Counted from the first letter of the stretch, positions 40,302-56,799 are shown. The stretch: DNA of 64,000 nucleotides from the human T2T-CHM13v2.0 reference genome, Homo sapiens (GCF_009914755.1 NC_060926.1); one strand, 5' to 3'. Made by a program: numbers and translations. The notes: generated from the sequence alone by a model not told the origin.

Positions 40302-40700
40302 TGTCCTAGGATGGGTTTCCTGGAAACAGATGCAGAGCTGGAGAGTTGGGTGGGGTGATTTCAGAAGGTATCTCTGCAGGGAAGCTGGCTGTGGGGCTGG
40401 GCAGAGGGAGGCTCTGGGCAGTTGAACTGAGGCTTTGGCTGGTCCTATGGCACTGAGAGTGGGGACAGCCCCCCAGAGCTGTGCCTCATGAATGCAAGGG
40501 GCTAGGCCTTTGGACCGCTCACCAGGCAGCCATGGGCCTGCAGACCAGCTCTGGAAGGGGCTGCAATCTTGGGCGAGGGGCTGCCGGCGAGGCATGCTTC
40601 TCACCTTCCCAAGCAGCTGGCTGGCACGGGCTCGCAGGAGAGGAGCTGCTCTCTAGATGCTGAAGAGTGGCTCACTTCCAGGAGGAGGAAGGGTCCAGCT
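40302..40700 (-). mobile_element. LTR16-like (ERVL) LTR
   Basis: 'tgtcctagg..gggtttcctggaaacaga', 'gggcagagggagg', 'caaggggctaggccttt'. Confidence 0.6.
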
Positions 40701-43249
40701 TGTCCACTGCTGCTGAGGAGCAAGTGAGATGTGGACTGGGACTGTCCCTTGCTCCAGGGGAGGGGTGGGGCTGGGCACCTGAGCGGAGAGGTGTTTGGAG
40801 CAGGTCACCCCAGATGCTGAAGGCTGGTTGTGGGTGTCCTCTGTGCATTATGTAGGGGCCTTGCCCAACCTCGGGCTTCAGTGGACAGGACAACTCTTTC
40901 CTTTTGTTTCCCTTTATGTTCCTCTCTCCAGCCCACACATTCCAGGAAGATGGGGGAGGAGGAAAGGCAGAACAAAGCTACCAGGGCCAAAGAACATTGT
41001 GGTCTTAATTGAAGTGTTCAAAGAAACAATCCTGTCGGATTTGAAGCTGTAAACAAAGCAAGCTTGCACTCTCCCCGCCCTCTCGTTTACCCACGTTATC
41101 ATCCTTCCCCCCTCTCGCCTCCCTCCTGTCCATTCACTCCTCCAGCTGTCTGCACGGGCCTGTCTGCAGCCAGCAGCCAGCTCCGTGGGGGAGAGGCTGC
41201 GCTTCCATGGGTGCGGGCGCTGGCTCTCCCTTCCCTGGGCTGGACCCAGCCTGTCTGAACGATGGCACAGCTCCAGCTTTCCTTACATCAAGAGAGGAAA
41301 ATATTTTGGAAAGGGGCTAAATAGAACTTAATTTGCCATGTGGTTGGAATTAACAGAGAGCACTTCCCACCAGCCTTTGAAGGGCTTGGTGGTTGAGGCC
41401 TTGCTCTCTCTGCCTTAGTTCAAAGCCTCGTCGTCAGGGCCTGTGGACATCCCAGGCTGGGCCGGAGCCCGCATAGCACATTGTGGGTAAGTGTTTGCCT
41501 TCAGTGGCTACACTGAGGGGTGGCCGGAGCCCTGGAAAGCCTTCCTCCTCACGCTGGCAACGCCTCCCTGAACTTGCAGGAGCAACAGCTCGGGGCTCAG
41601 TTTCTCCAGGAAGGCAGACATCATAGAGAGGTGTCCAGGGACCCCTGGTGAGTGTGACTCACTGGGGCCTCAATCCAGACCCTCTGGTTTCCTCTGTCTT
41701 GCTCAGGTCTTGCTCCCAAACAGCTAGGAGCCCCATGCAGCTCGCAGGGGAAAAGGGATGTGGCGAGGAGAAGGGGGCACTGCAGAGAGCACTGGTCAGT
41801 GTCATTAAAAACTCATCCACACACACTTTAAAGCCCTGTGATATTGCGCCTTAGGGATCCACTGTTGTGCACCGACCCGCCTCCTGCTGCTGGGGGCTCC
41901 GGCCGCTTCAAGACCCGAGCATGTAATCGCCTCTTAGATGAGGTTCCTGGAGGCGAGCCTGCTGGGGTGAGGCATGAGTGCTGTCGCTGTGAACCTCGCA
42001 TGGCTATGAGTTGCACACTCCACCTTGGCGGCTGAGTGCCACCTCAGCGTCCCCAGGCTCCCGCCCCCTGGGAGTGCCTCCCGACCTCCCCGGATGTGGC
42101 AGCTCCTGTTCTCCCTTCATCTCACACCCTTGCTCCTGACACTGGTGGAGCTGCAGGTCGTGAGGGCTGCCATCCGAGAGTCCCTGCCTGGGGAGTCTGG
42201 CCCACTGAGCCTAGTCTGCCATGGTGGAGAGCCTGGCCATGACTCCGTGCTGCAGCGGCTCCTGAGGGAGGGGATCTGTGAGCCCCACAGCCTTGGTAGC
42301 CGGGGGTGAAGATGTCATGCATGGTAAGATGATATTGCAGACACCAGGGATCCCTGCCTGTCAGTGAGGAACCCGCCAGGCCACCATCAGCTCTCTGGAG
42401 CCCGGCCCAGGCTTCTGCCTTCTCTCTGGAACAGTCTGGGGGTCCTTTCTACCCCAACAGCGTTCTGAGAGCTGTGGAGTCTGGCTGGTGCCAGGGACCC
42501 CGACCCACTGCATACATCAGGGCACGTGTGCAAAGGGGAGCCGCCCCCTCCTTGGGGTGTGTGAATGTCACCCTGAGAGTCCAGCTTGGTCTCTCACTCT
42601 GACTGACCCTGCCGCCCTGGGTCCCAGTGCAATGAGTCTCCTTTCTGGGCACAGAGTGTGGGAACCAGTGGGTCCCTGCTCCTCTCCCTCACCCTCCAGT
42701 TCATCCTGTGGGTGTCCCAAATATGTGTGAGGGTCCAAGCACCCAGTTTTAGGCCCAGCCCCAGTTCAGACAGGTCAGGGCCCTGAGGGGATGGTGGAGC
42801 CCTAGACTCTGACACATGGCCTGACTGTGTTCTGGGAGTGTGTCCTGGATGAGTGCAAATTGGTGATTCCCATGGGGATGGTGCTCACCCCCGCAGAGAG
42901 GGAGTCCCAGACACAGAACCGGAAAGTGAGCTGGGGAGGAGAGGATGAGCTTGGCCCAGGCCGGGCGCCCAGGCTGCTGGACATCCCCATGGCTGAGCTT
43001 AGGGGCAGAAGACACTCGTGCAGGCCTGTGTGGATCCCTGAGTCCAGGGAGGTCCTGTCAGAGTGTCCCTGCACATGTGACCTGCATATCCTCCCTAGTG
43101 TCTGGAGACCAGGCCTGAGGAGGGCTGGGCAGTGTCAGCACAGGGGTCAGGACTGCAGCGCCCTGGGAGCCTGTGAGCAGGAATGCAGAGTGAGCAGGGA
43201 GGGCGATGGCCAGCGGAAGTGGGCGTGGACCCGTCGCAGGCACAGCTGG

Positions 43250-44080
43250 CCTTGTGAGCCCCTGACAGGGCAGAGGTCTTTACCTCAGCTTTGTGACCAT
43301 AGGCAACTCAGTTCCTCATCTGTGATGTGGAATGAGACTCACGGGGTGTTAGGAGAATTAAGAAAGAGGACAAGTTTGGAAGCTGCCTGACAGCTGGAGA
43401 CACCCCACCTGGCTCCTTCCTCCCTGCGGTGACATCTCAGGGTCCCCCACCCCCTTTCCCTCTCCTTGGAACCAGGGACCCAGGACTCTCATGCTGTTGC
43501 TGCCCGGTCCTAGGGAGGGCGATGGCCGTGTCTGATGGTCTCCAAAGGCTCTGAGCACATGAGCCCCTCTGGGGAGACCTCTTAGACACAGATAACAGCT
43601 GCCACTTGGAAACCATAAGCAATTACACTAAATGCCTGCTGTGCTGGTTAAATAAGCTGCTGTGATGCCATGCTGAACTGAACTGCGTTTGCACGTGATG
43701 CTGTTTGATTTAGTTCCTATAACAATCCTGCCAGGTGTCTATTATCTTCCCTGCTTCATTGCACTCTGGACCAGAGAGTCCAGAGAGGCTAAGGAACTTT
43801 CCATAGGCTGCATAGCTACTTACAGGTGGAGCTGAGATTTAAACAGTTCCTTGATGCTGACCGGGGCTGGCCAGTTTCCTTCAGAGTGAGACCCTGGGCT
43901 GCACCAGGATTCAGACAGGACTCCGCCTCTCACTAACTGTGATGTACCCTTGAGCACATCAGGTGACCTTTGTGTGCCTTAGTTTCCTCATCAAGGACAC
44001 GGGATTCTTGGGACTGCATGAGTTAACGCAGGTAAAGTGCTTACAACAGTGCCTGGTGCACAGGAAGCGCTCATCTCATT
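43250..44080. mobile_element. Cluster of MIR fragments in both orientations
   Basis: 'agtttcctcatc', 'taaagtgcttacaacagtgcctgg', 'cagagaggctaaggaactttcc'. Confidence 0.6.
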
Positions 44081-44436
44081 CAGCCCTTGCTGCTCTTTAG
44101 GACTAGGATCTCAGGTTGTTTTTTTTTCTGCAGCAAAAAGCCTGGTGAGTGAGCTCACTGAGCCCCTGTGGTTTGAGCTGAGCAAACAGGTGAGAAAAGC
44201 TCGGTCAACACCATGTGCTGGGTGAGGGCTGGGCCACCTGTGCACAGGTTTTGGTGGGGTCCTCTGTGGGCTGGTGGAGGCGAGGAGAGGGCTTCTGGGG
44301 GAATCCTGAGGGATTGGGGTCAGGCCCAGAGCTGAGCCTCAACTCTCGGCTGGGAGTACATGGATAGGGCACTGCTAGACAGAACCTGGAGGGGCAGGCA
44401 TGGGGAAGTGCTCTTTCACCAGATCCTTGATTGTAG

Positions 44437-44786
<350 letters not shown>

Positions 44787-44792
44787 AGTACA

Positions 44793-45539
<747 letters not shown>

Positions 45540-45572
45540 TGTTTTAATATATTTTCTTTAAATTATATTAAA

Positions 45573-45773
<201 letters not shown>

Positions 45774-45774
45774 T

Positions 45775-45931
45775 CTATAATCCCAGCTCTTCAGGAGGCT
45801 GAGGCAGGAGAATTGCTTGAACCCAGGAGGTGGAGGTTGCAGTGAGCTGAGATTGTGCTACAGCAGTCCAGACTGGGTGACAGAGTGAGACTCCATCTCA
45901 AAAAAAAAAAAAAAAGGAAAAGAAAAAGAAA
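45775..45931 (+). mobile_element. Alu right arm joined head-to-head to the preceding Alu
   Basis: 'ctataatcccagct...ctccatctcaaaa' directly abutting the minus-strand Alu. Confidence 0.92.
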
Positions 45932-46037
45932 GCTTGAGGTCTTGCAGATTCAAGTATGTAGTGCAGTATTATTAGCATTATTAGCTTATTAGCTGTGGTC
46001 ATCATGCTGAACATTCAATCCTCAGGCCTTACTCACC

Positions 46038-46338
46038 TTTTTTTTTTTTTTTTTTTGAGACACAGTCTTGCTCTGTCACCCAGGCTGTAGTGCAGTGGCG
46101 CGATCTCGGCTCATTGCAAACTCTGGCTCCTGGGTTCAAGCGATTCTCCTGTCTCAGCATCCTGAGTAGCTGAGATTACAGGCGCACACCACCACGCCCG
46201 GCTAATTTTTGTATTTTCAATAGAGACAGGGTTTCGCCATGTTGGCCAGGCTGGTCTCCAACTCCTGACCTCAGGTGATCTGCTGGCTTTGGCTTCCCAA
46301 AGTGCTGGGATTACAGGCGTGAGCCACTGCGCCCAGCC
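46038..46338 (-). mobile_element. AluSx-like within a short L1 remnant
   Basis: TSD ccttactcacc / tcttgctcatc. Confidence 0.96.
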
Positions 46339-48194
46339 TCTTGCTCATCTTTGAACTGGAAGCTCATACCCTTCCACCAACATCTCCCTATTTCCCTCGC
46401 TCAGGCCTCTGGACCCCGCCAGCCACTCTCTGCTTCCCAACTGGCGTTTTCATCGGCATGAAGGTCTCCTTCAAGGCAGCACCCGGCCTTCCCTAGGGGC
46501 TCTTCCATGGTCTCCACCCAGCAGTTTCCCTGCAGCAGTGAGGACTGATAGGATCAGTATGGGAAGGGTTCAGGGCTGCCCCATGTATGGACAGTACTCT
46601 GTTGGGCCCGCTGTCTGCAGGGAGGCCGAGGTGATCTGCCTGGGCGTCCAGAGGAAAGGGAAATGGTTTGGCAAGCAATACATCTTCTCTCTTACCATCC
46701 CTCCCGGACTCTGCTCTAACATCATGGCTGCAGAGTAAGAGGGGGACATCCTGACCTCATCCCTCTGTGGTGTGGCTGTGTCCTTATTAAAACACCCAGG
46801 CTGCACCATGGACCCAGCACTGCGTGGCTAGAGCTGGTCTGCTCATGTCCTCTGCTGGGGTCCTGGGCGGGAGGTACTGTGGACGCATGAGTGATCATAG
46901 CCCTCTGGCCCACCCGAGCTTCAGAGGCTGCTTGCCAGGTGGCCACACCCAGGAAGGAGTCATGCTCAGGCTCCCCTGACACTTGACCCCAGTGCCTGCT
47001 GGGGTCCTGAGGGTTAGGGACGTGGACCTCCGACAGGCTGGGAAGCCCAGTGCCCACCAGTGCCTGAGACCCTCTGGAAACCACGGCAGGCCGCCAATGG
47101 AGGGCAGATGGGACAACAAACTTCCCTCCCCTCTGTCTCTAATCGAATCTGGTCTAATCTAATCTAAATGAATCTGTCTCAATCCATTTCTGACCTACCG
47201 CATGCCCTACATTTCCAAAGTTACTATTTGCCTTGGGGAAATGGGTTGGTAATGCCTGTGTGTGTGCATGCGTGTGTGTGCACACACAGGTCGGGGCACG
47301 GCGCTCAGGCTGTTAAGGGGCAGGAGATAAAGCTCTGTCTTCTGCTGTCCCTGACTGGGCAGTAGCTTCCACTGAGCTCCATTTGTGTTGCTAAGAATCC
47401 AGGCTCCAGGAGCCCCCAGCTCGTGGTGGTGGTCATCTTTCTGGGGCCAGGATGTGAGAGATGGCATCCCACCCCAGGTACATAGCAGAGCCCAGGGATG
47501 GCCTGGACAGTCTTCCACCCCACGACCCCAGAGCAAGCCCCAAACATAGTGTTTTCCATTTCAGATTGGAGACTCGTTTCCTCCATCCTGCATGTTGCTG
47601 GATAAGAGAAATACTTTGCATTTAATAGGATGTGATGTATTAGAAAATTTGGATCAACTAGGGGTAATACCTTTGCATTTCCCCAAGTGCTTGGAGATGT
47701 CTTACCTCATTTTGTCTGCTCTTGGACTAAGTGTCTGCCATGGAAATAATTTTCAACTTCTGTTTCAAAATGGTGGACTGAACTTAAGCTCCTCCCTCTA
47801 GAAATTATTTTAAAAGGAAACTAAGTAAATACACAAACGTGATCAAAAACAAACATGAGAACCCTCAGGGCACCAGACATTGCAAGGAATCCCTGCCAAG
47901 AAGAGAGCAGGCAGGGTTGGACGTACAGCGGCACGCTGCAGGGGCTGAGGAAGAGTACTGGAGAGGCAGAGGCCCGCAGGCAGGGCGTGGATCCACCCAA
48001 GAGGGAGGCTTAGCAGCTGCCTCCGAGGATCCATCTGGGCGCCCCAGCGGTGGCAAGTGGGAGCTGATAAGGTGCTTTTCCCCCTACTTCGCCCAGGCAG
48101 CAGTGATAGGGGCATCTGACTCCTGCTGGGAACAGGGATCTCGCCTTAGGGACAGGACGGTGCCCAAGGGCATGATGGGGGCTAGGTGGAACGG

Positions 48195-48953
<759 letters not shown>

Positions 48954-49131
48954 AAGAGGGCTGCCCAAATTTAGAAAAGGAGCTGTAGAAGTGTCCCCAC
49001 CGATGGTACTTCCTGCTCCTCCCTGTTCACTGCAAAGCTCCCACATCTGCCCCCAGGCAGGCCTCTCACACTGAAGCAGACCGAGTGATTGGACCTCCAC
49101 TACCAAGATTGCTGGAATTAAGAATCACCGA

Positions 49132-49269
49132 GGCAGGGCGTGGTGGCTCACGCCTGTAATCCCAGCACTTTGGGAGGCTGAGGCGGGCAGATCACCTGAG
49201 GTCAGAAGTTCGATACCAGCCTGGCCAACATGGTGAAACCCCATCTCTACAGAAACACAAAAATTAGTC
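49132..49269 (+). mobile_element. Alu left arm only
   Basis: Left monomer ends at 'aaaaattagtc' and is followed by non-Alu sequence. Confidence 0.9.
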
Positions 49270-49410
49270 CAGTGCTTCTTAAATTGCAATATATGCATGT
49301 TGCCTGGGTCTTCAATGCTGGTTGTGATCCTGAGACTGCATTGCTCACAAGCGTGTGGGTGGTGCTGATGCAGAGTGTGGGTCTGTGGCCCACACTCTGA
49401 GTAGCCAGGC
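49270..49410. mobile_element. MER5A-like hAT MITE
   Basis: 'cagtgcttcttaaatt', 'ctgagactgcatt..cacaagc', 'gctgatgc...ccacactctgagtagc'. Confidence 0.65.
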
Positions 49411-49479
49411 TCCAGCACAGTTTCTCAGCGCAACCTTCTAATGACAGGGCACTCTTCAGCGCCACCTATCCTATCATCC

Positions 49480-50250
49480 AGCGATGTGCTGAATTTCTCA
49501 TTGCCAAGCTCTATTAATTCATTCTTTTTCATAACCTCTTATTCTTATTTCATGGATGCAACATTTTCTTTGTCTCTCAGGGAATAATAATTATTCCTAC
49601 TTTTAAAGGTCTAATTTCTTTATTACTTTATTTCTCTGGGAGTGAGTTTTTCCTAAAGGGATAATGAGATGGAAAATGAAAAAACAAAGTTGAGACATGG
49701 AGATACCTTCTGAAACTCAAGCATTCCTCTACGTGGATGTGCCAGAGGGAAAGAACAGAACAAAGGAGGGTAGACACTATTTAAATAAAAATATATAAGA
49801 ATATTACATAACAAACAAAAAAGCCCAAATCCTCAGGTTGAAAAGGAGGAGAAAATGTCAAGCAAGACAAAAACAGATGAGCAACCAAAAAAGTGACATA
49901 GCTGGTCACCTATATTGAAATTTCAGAACATGAGTGATAAAGGACTCCCAGAAAAAACAAAACCCAAACTAAAAACAGAAAAAAAGGAACTTTACCACAA
50001 AAACATGAGAATCAGATGACATCAGTCTCTCATTAAGAAAATTGCTATAGGGAATGGGGCAAGGCCTTCAAAGTGCAGGGATACAATAACGTCTCTGAGT
50101 ATTGAACTTCATACTCAAAATCGATTTTGTATGATAGCACTGTAAGGGCAATTTAGGACATAGAAAGACCCAGGAAATCAATCACACATGCCTCTCTGAA
50201 AGAATTAATAGAGGGTTAATTCCAGCAATAAGAAAAATGAATCCAGGATT
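49480..50250. mobile_element. Degraded old L1 5'/ORF1 remnants
   Basis: 'gaatcagatgacatcag', 'caaggccttcaaagtgc', A-rich ORF1-like composition. Confidence 0.5.
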
Positions 50251-50837
50251 CCGTTTTTTCCAGTGTAATGTGAGTGTAAGAAAACTGAGGCTTAGCAAGG
50301 CTGAGTAAACTACCTGTGGTCACACAGCTCAAAAGTGGCAGGGCTGGGCCTCAAAGTCAGGTTTGTGTGCTTGTAAAGGCTTTAGAGCTTCTGCTGCATC
50401 AGCAGTTTCTTACCAGAAACATCTGTGGCCCTTGCCCTAAATTCAGATTCCAGAGCTATAAAATCAGCCTTCAGGGGTGGGTCCAGGCTTCTGCACTGTC
50501 GGGCTTCAGAGGAAGTTCTCAGCCAACCTGCCAGGTGCAGTCCGGGGAAGCCCTCTACCATGCTGAAAAGAGACTTAGGTGACTGAAGGACAGGAGCCTT
50601 GAGTGCTGGGGAGCCTAGGAGGAGGGCGTCCTCACGGGGTGGAGTGGGATGAACCAGAACAGAGACAGGAAGATAAACAGATCCAAATGTGCTGTGGACG
50701 GGACTCACTCCCACCTGTCCACGCTGCCGCGTCCTGCCAGCCCAGCTAGTAGTAGTTCTCCTTCTCCAGTCTTGACGGCATGTTTGCAAACTCTAGGACT
50801 CTGAGGTGTCCTTGCAGGGATTAAAACTCTGACTAGG

Positions 50838-51196
50838 TGTCTTAGTCGGCTTGGGCTGCCATCACAAAATACCATAGTCAGAATGGCTTCAACAACAGAC
50901 ATTTATTTTCTCACACTTCTGGAGGCTGGGAAGTTTGAAATCAGTGTGCCAGCAGGGGTGGGTTTGGTGAGGACTCTCTTCCTGGCTTGCAGACAACTGC
51001 TTTCTCGCTGTGTGCTCATATGGCATCTCTTCTCATAAGGACACTATTCCCATCATGAGGGCCATACCCGTATGACCCCATCTAACCCTCATTTCCTTCA
51101 AAGGCCTCATCTCCAAATACCATCACATTGGGGATTAGGGGCTTCAACATGTAAATTTGGCAGGGGTGGGGGGATGCTAATATTCAGTCCACAGCA
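50838..51196 (-). mobile_element. MLT1A0-like solo LTR
   Basis: tgtcttagtc...cagtccacagca termini; TSD ctagg/ctaag. Confidence 0.9.
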
Positions 51197-53289
51197 CTAA
51201 GCGTGCACACAGCAGGGATGGCGTCAGCTCAGTCATCACTGCAGCATTATGATGCTAATCGTATCTACAAAATCACCCAAACTTCTCCATCACCCTCTGC
51301 TTGTCCTTTGGGGCTGGCCCCATCTGGGTGACTGGTCTCCTGCTCTGCCTGTGCTCCCGTGCATATGCAAAGAGCAGAATTCTCTCGCATCCCCACACAT
51401 GCACAGCCTTCCTTTAGTGCCGGCTTGGCTGTGCTGCCTGCCATCCACAGCATGCAGTGGCCCGGGGGGTCCCCAGGCCCAGCTCGGCCTGACCATGTGC
51501 ATCGTCTATGGCTGCGCAGTCTCGTGGAGCCAGGGTGCTGAGGTACCCTGGCTGAAAACCTCTCGTCTGGGGCTCGGAATGCTTGTGGACTCCCTAGGGG
51601 ACTCTGTTGGGGGCCCACTGGATATGAGCAGAAGCCAAACTAGTGGAGCATATCCCATCTTCATTTCCCAGTTTTGTTTGGCTTTGCGTGTGTGGGAAAA
51701 TCATGCTGGTTACAATCTTGGGTTATTATTTGGAGACTCACGGCTGGGGGAGAATTTCATTTCTCAGTTGGCCCAAGCCCTGCTGGAGTTTATGAGCCTG
51801 GGACTAAACGCTGAATCAAAATTGAAGCAAGGAGCTTATTCTTGGCAAAAATACATTTTCCTCTTCCTTGAGAAAAAGAGTACTAAAATGACTTATAAGA
51901 GGTTAAAAAAAGAGCCTTGTGGATGTTAAAAATTCTTGCAAAAACATGTTTTTAATGATTTGAGTGTAAATTAATAAGAAACAAATGCATAGTATTTTCT
52001 TTCCTAGACTATGAAATTAAATAAAAAGTAAGAAGGGTCCATGGGGAAATCACTTGTTGGGGGCAGTTTGCCCTTTTCCGTGTGGCGGAGGACCCCTGAG
52101 GGTGCTCTGCCCACTGAATCAAGTCTGCTGGGCTCTGAGTGGGCCCTGGCTGGGCCCTCGGGCATTCTCTGGCGCTCTCACAGGTGCTCGCCCAGGGGCT
52201 GCTGAAGCCCCCTTCTCGACTGTGTGGGAGCCCACCCTGAGTCACTTGTGCATTCAGCCAGCCTTTGCTGCACTTCCAGTCCAGGCCCATGCCAGACACC
52301 ACCCTGGAGGCGTGGAGAGGGGTCAGCCATGCTGGAGTCCTCAAGGAACTCACAGAGCAGTCACTTTCCATGGAGATACGCCATCTTAAAGGGCCCCAAG
52401 CTTTAAAAATTGGACTCCAACAATGGGTGAGGGAGGAGCTTCCCAGGCCGACTGTCACTCCCAGTGAATTGGGAATTGATGACATTCCTGACGTTTTCTC
52501 TCTGTGCCTAGCAGTGCATGAGGTTCAACCATCTTTGCTCAGGGTGGGAGCTTAGTACGGTTGCTCCCTCCCTTTGAGGCCTCCCCAGACTCCTCCCTTC
52601 AGGGTTTGAAGGTCCATGTGTCAGCCCCTATTTATCTAACCTGGTCTTCTCTGTGCCTGCCACCCCTCGAGGTCCCTAATATGTGCTGAATGCAGTTTAT
52701 CTTGGAAAGGAGATCCGCAGAGGCTCCCCGTGCAGTCTCCACGCCCAATCAGCAATAGGCAAAGGCAAGAACCCCTTTTGACAAGCGTGGATGTTTTACA
52801 AGGCTAGGTCTGTGGGGAGAGAACTGATACCATGAGGGAGGCAGCATGGCCTCCTGGAACCAGCCGGGGCCCGTCTCTGCTGGCTGCGTGACCTTGGGCA
52901 AGTTATCGGTCTTATCTGAGTCATCATGCAACCCAATTTGCAGGTTTACTGTAAAATTAAATGAGATAATGTCGAATAGGCCCGGTATACATGGTGACAT
53001 GTGCAATACACTCTAGTACCATGAGATAGTTGGAATAGTCTGTAGTTAGAATGCACTGGTGCTGGCTTGTTGATCTGAGCAGCTAGCTCTTCATAAACCT
53101 TTTCCAGGTAGACATGTTGCCTTTTAGTACCTTAAACTTAAACTGGAACTCACAGCAGGGAAGGGAACGTGTGAGGGAAGTGCACATCCCAGCACGGGGC
53201 TGAGAGTGTGGGCCGGAGGCCAGCTGCCCAAATTTAAAATCCTTCTGAGCAGCACGGAGCCCTGATCACCCCGCCCGTGTTACGTGTTA

Positions 53290-54580
53290 TTGACAGCCAG
53301 TATTTTAGTTTCAGTTTTTGTATACTCCCGATTCAGTATTATTATACCGATTTACATAATCAATGTATTATTTATTCAATCAATGCTTGAATAGATTTTG
53401 GGATTTTTTCCTGATTTCTTTGTTTCCTGTTGTTTCTGGTGCCTATTAACTTCTCCTGGGTTCAGTTTTCTTCTTAAAGTTCCTTCTTCAGTGTTCTTTG
53501 GTGAGGGTCTATGAGTGGTAAACTCTCACAATTCATTGTAAAGTGACAGATGTTTTCTCTTGGTACTTTGGCCACACTGCTTGGTTGTGCCCTGGTCGCT
53601 TTTAAGATCATAGCTTTGTATTTGCTTCTTCAGTACTATTTGACGTGTCTATAATGAGTTCATTTTTGCTTATCCTGCTTGGGAGTCTGTGACTCATGAA
53701 TATGTAGATTATTATCATTCTGGAGTATTCTCAGCTATCATTTCTTCAAATATTGAGTTTTTTCCATTCTCCTTATTTTCTCTTTCTGGAGTTCTTACCA
53801 ACTTATTAAATTTTCTTATTCGATTCACATGTCTCTTAACCTCTCTAGACTCTCTGTCATAGTTTCTCTTTATTTCTTTTTGCTTCTTCTGGTTTAATTT
53901 CTTCAAATCTAACTCTACAAATTCTCCCTTCAACTGTTTTTAATCTATTGTTTAAGCCATCTTATTGAGTTTCCAGTTTCAGTGCCTTTGCTTCTTACTT
54001 GTAGAAATTCTATTTGCATATTTTTTCAAACAGATCCATCCTTTTTAAAAATAGCTTTTTTGGGGTGGGATGTAAATTGTTTTATGTCTTTTAAACATAT
54101 TTATTTCATAGTCACTCTCAGATTATTCTACAGTCTGTATCTCTTGGGTAACACTTTCCTGTTTATGGTATTTGCTGACTCTCACTCATGTTTGTGATTT
54201 TTTGCTGTGCGTTTGTAATTTTTCATTGCGAGCTCATCGTCACAGTGGCTGTGTCACTGAGAATCTCTTACAGACTTAGTTGAGATCATGTCCCTCTAGG
54301 TTTAGTTTTGGTCTTTGTCAGGTACTCCAGGGATTTCACTGGCCTATAACTTAGTTTTTAATGTTAATTTCTTAGATTGGTGGTTTGTGGAGCATGAGAG
54401 TAATGTGACTTTTAAAATTCCAAATACATGAATCTCAGGTTTATGTTTCAAATTCTCAGAGAAAAATATTTTATCTGTACCTAGAAGCCAGGAGGAAGAG
54501 ATAGGTGTCCTAGTGGGTGTCCTGTGCTTGTGGATGGACTTTCCCCCAGGCTCCCCTGTAGCCCTTTTCAGGGCTGACCT
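53290..54580 (-). mobile_element. Old L1 ORF1/5' remnants
   Basis: 'tattctcagctatcatttcttcaaatatt'; the minus-strand ORF 53715-53933 reads like degenerate L1 ORF1p (IFEEMIAEN). Confidence 0.7.
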
Positions 54581-54582
54581 AA

Positions 54583-55261
<679 letters not shown>

Positions 55262-55697
55262 CTTAAGACACACTCCCACTCAGCACGGGCCTGTCCTCAC
55301 CTGCACCTTCTCTCACTGCTGTCCTCTTCGAGGCTTCCCTGGGCATAACTTTGTTCCCATATTTCTAACTTAATCCAATTCCTTTCTGTAAATGTGTGTC
55401 AAGTATTCTTCCAATGTGTGGATGAGCCCCAGCTCTTGGGAGCATGGGATCCCAGCTTTTTTCTCATTTGCCTCGGAAGTAATCCCAAGTTCATTCTCTT
55501 TTCGCCCCTGGACGGGAGCAGTAAGAGAGAAGCGATTTTGGTTAGACCACCTACCTCTCTGTACTTCTAGACTTCCACTGGTTGCCTTTTTTTGTTCTTA
55601 GATTTGGCAGGGACCTCAAAAAATTTGGCCTTGCCCCTTTCCAGGTTTGCTGGTGGGAGTCCACTGTGCCTGTGGTGACATCGTCTCATGCTTGGTG

Positions 55698-56022
55698 TAG
55701 ACGCTCCTCAGCTTACATTGGGCATATGTCCTGGTAAGCCCATCATAAGTTGAAAACACATTTAATACACTAACCTACCCAGCATCATAGCTTAGCTGAG
55801 CCTACCTTAAACATGCTCGGAACACTTGCATTAGCAAAATTGCCTGGCAACATGGACACCGTTTACCCTCAGGATAGTGGGGCTGACTGGGAGCTGCGGC
55901 TCACTGCTTCTGCCTAGCATGGCAAGAGACTGTCCTACCACTTTCTACTGAACGTGTATCGCTTTCACACCCTTGCAAAGTTGAAAAACCATAAATCAAA
56001 CCATTGTAAGTTGGGACAATGG
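55698..56022 (+). mobile_element. MER47A-like Tigger-derived MITE
   Basis: 'catcatagcttagc..agcctaccttaaacatgctc', terminus 'aaccattgtaagttgggac'. Confidence 0.85.
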
Positions 56023-56799
56023 TATGAGGACAGCTCAGAGCCATGGAGATGTGCTGATTAATAAGAAATCCACTTCAGTAAAAAGGGAAGCTGCCAGCGT
56101 GCTGTTGAGGCTCATTGGAAGGGAAGATGAGACCAAGTAAATGATTCTTTTTTTTTTGCCCTTTGCAATCCAGAAGTATTTGGGAGCCTGAAACCCAACG
56201 TTTAGTTTGGTTTTAATTTTTGTTCTGTCCGTGGCAGTCAGAGCTTCATTACCTGTGATGATGGAACTGGAATGGTGGTTAGCCATTTGCTGACTTGGCA
56301 AGAAATCAGCTGGTGCTGAGATTGGGCTGCTAAGGAATTGTGTGCAAGCAGGTCTGGCAACACGGGCCAGCACCAGGCATGAGGGCAGGGACTGGGCGCT
56401 AAGGCTGCTGCTTAGCTGCAAGATCTCGGACCTATCCTTTTGCCTCTCTGAGCCCCAGGGCTCTCTTCCATCAGAGAGGTTTCATTGTACCTGCAGGCTT
56501 GTTGCTGGAGTCAAGTAAGATCATGCACAAGAAAGAGTCTTTTTGGGACCAGCTTACAGTATTAAAAAATGTAAAAGACTGTAAAATAACCTGACTTAAT
56601 TTGAGAAGTTTATTTGAACAATGCCTTCAACAAAGGAGTGAGATAACACTGGCTCCGTGGCAGGTTTTTCTCCAGAGCCTGGTGTCAACTTGAGGGTTTC
56701 CACCCTTTTCTGTCGGGAAGGAGGTTTCTAAGCTGCTTTACTTCAGTCACAGGTGTACCTAAGGGGTATTGGGTATGTTTTCATTAAGTCAAGGAAACA

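Noticed and set aside
42025-42309. ORF with a signal-peptide-like stretch (MWQLLFSLHLTPLLLTLVEL)
   Set aside because: Short and isolated; leucine-rich runs arise readily from CT-rich DNA; no downstream domain.
51249-51929. 226-aa ORF
   Set aside because: No recognisable domain, no poly(A) or TSD of a processed pseudogene, and composition drifts with local GC.
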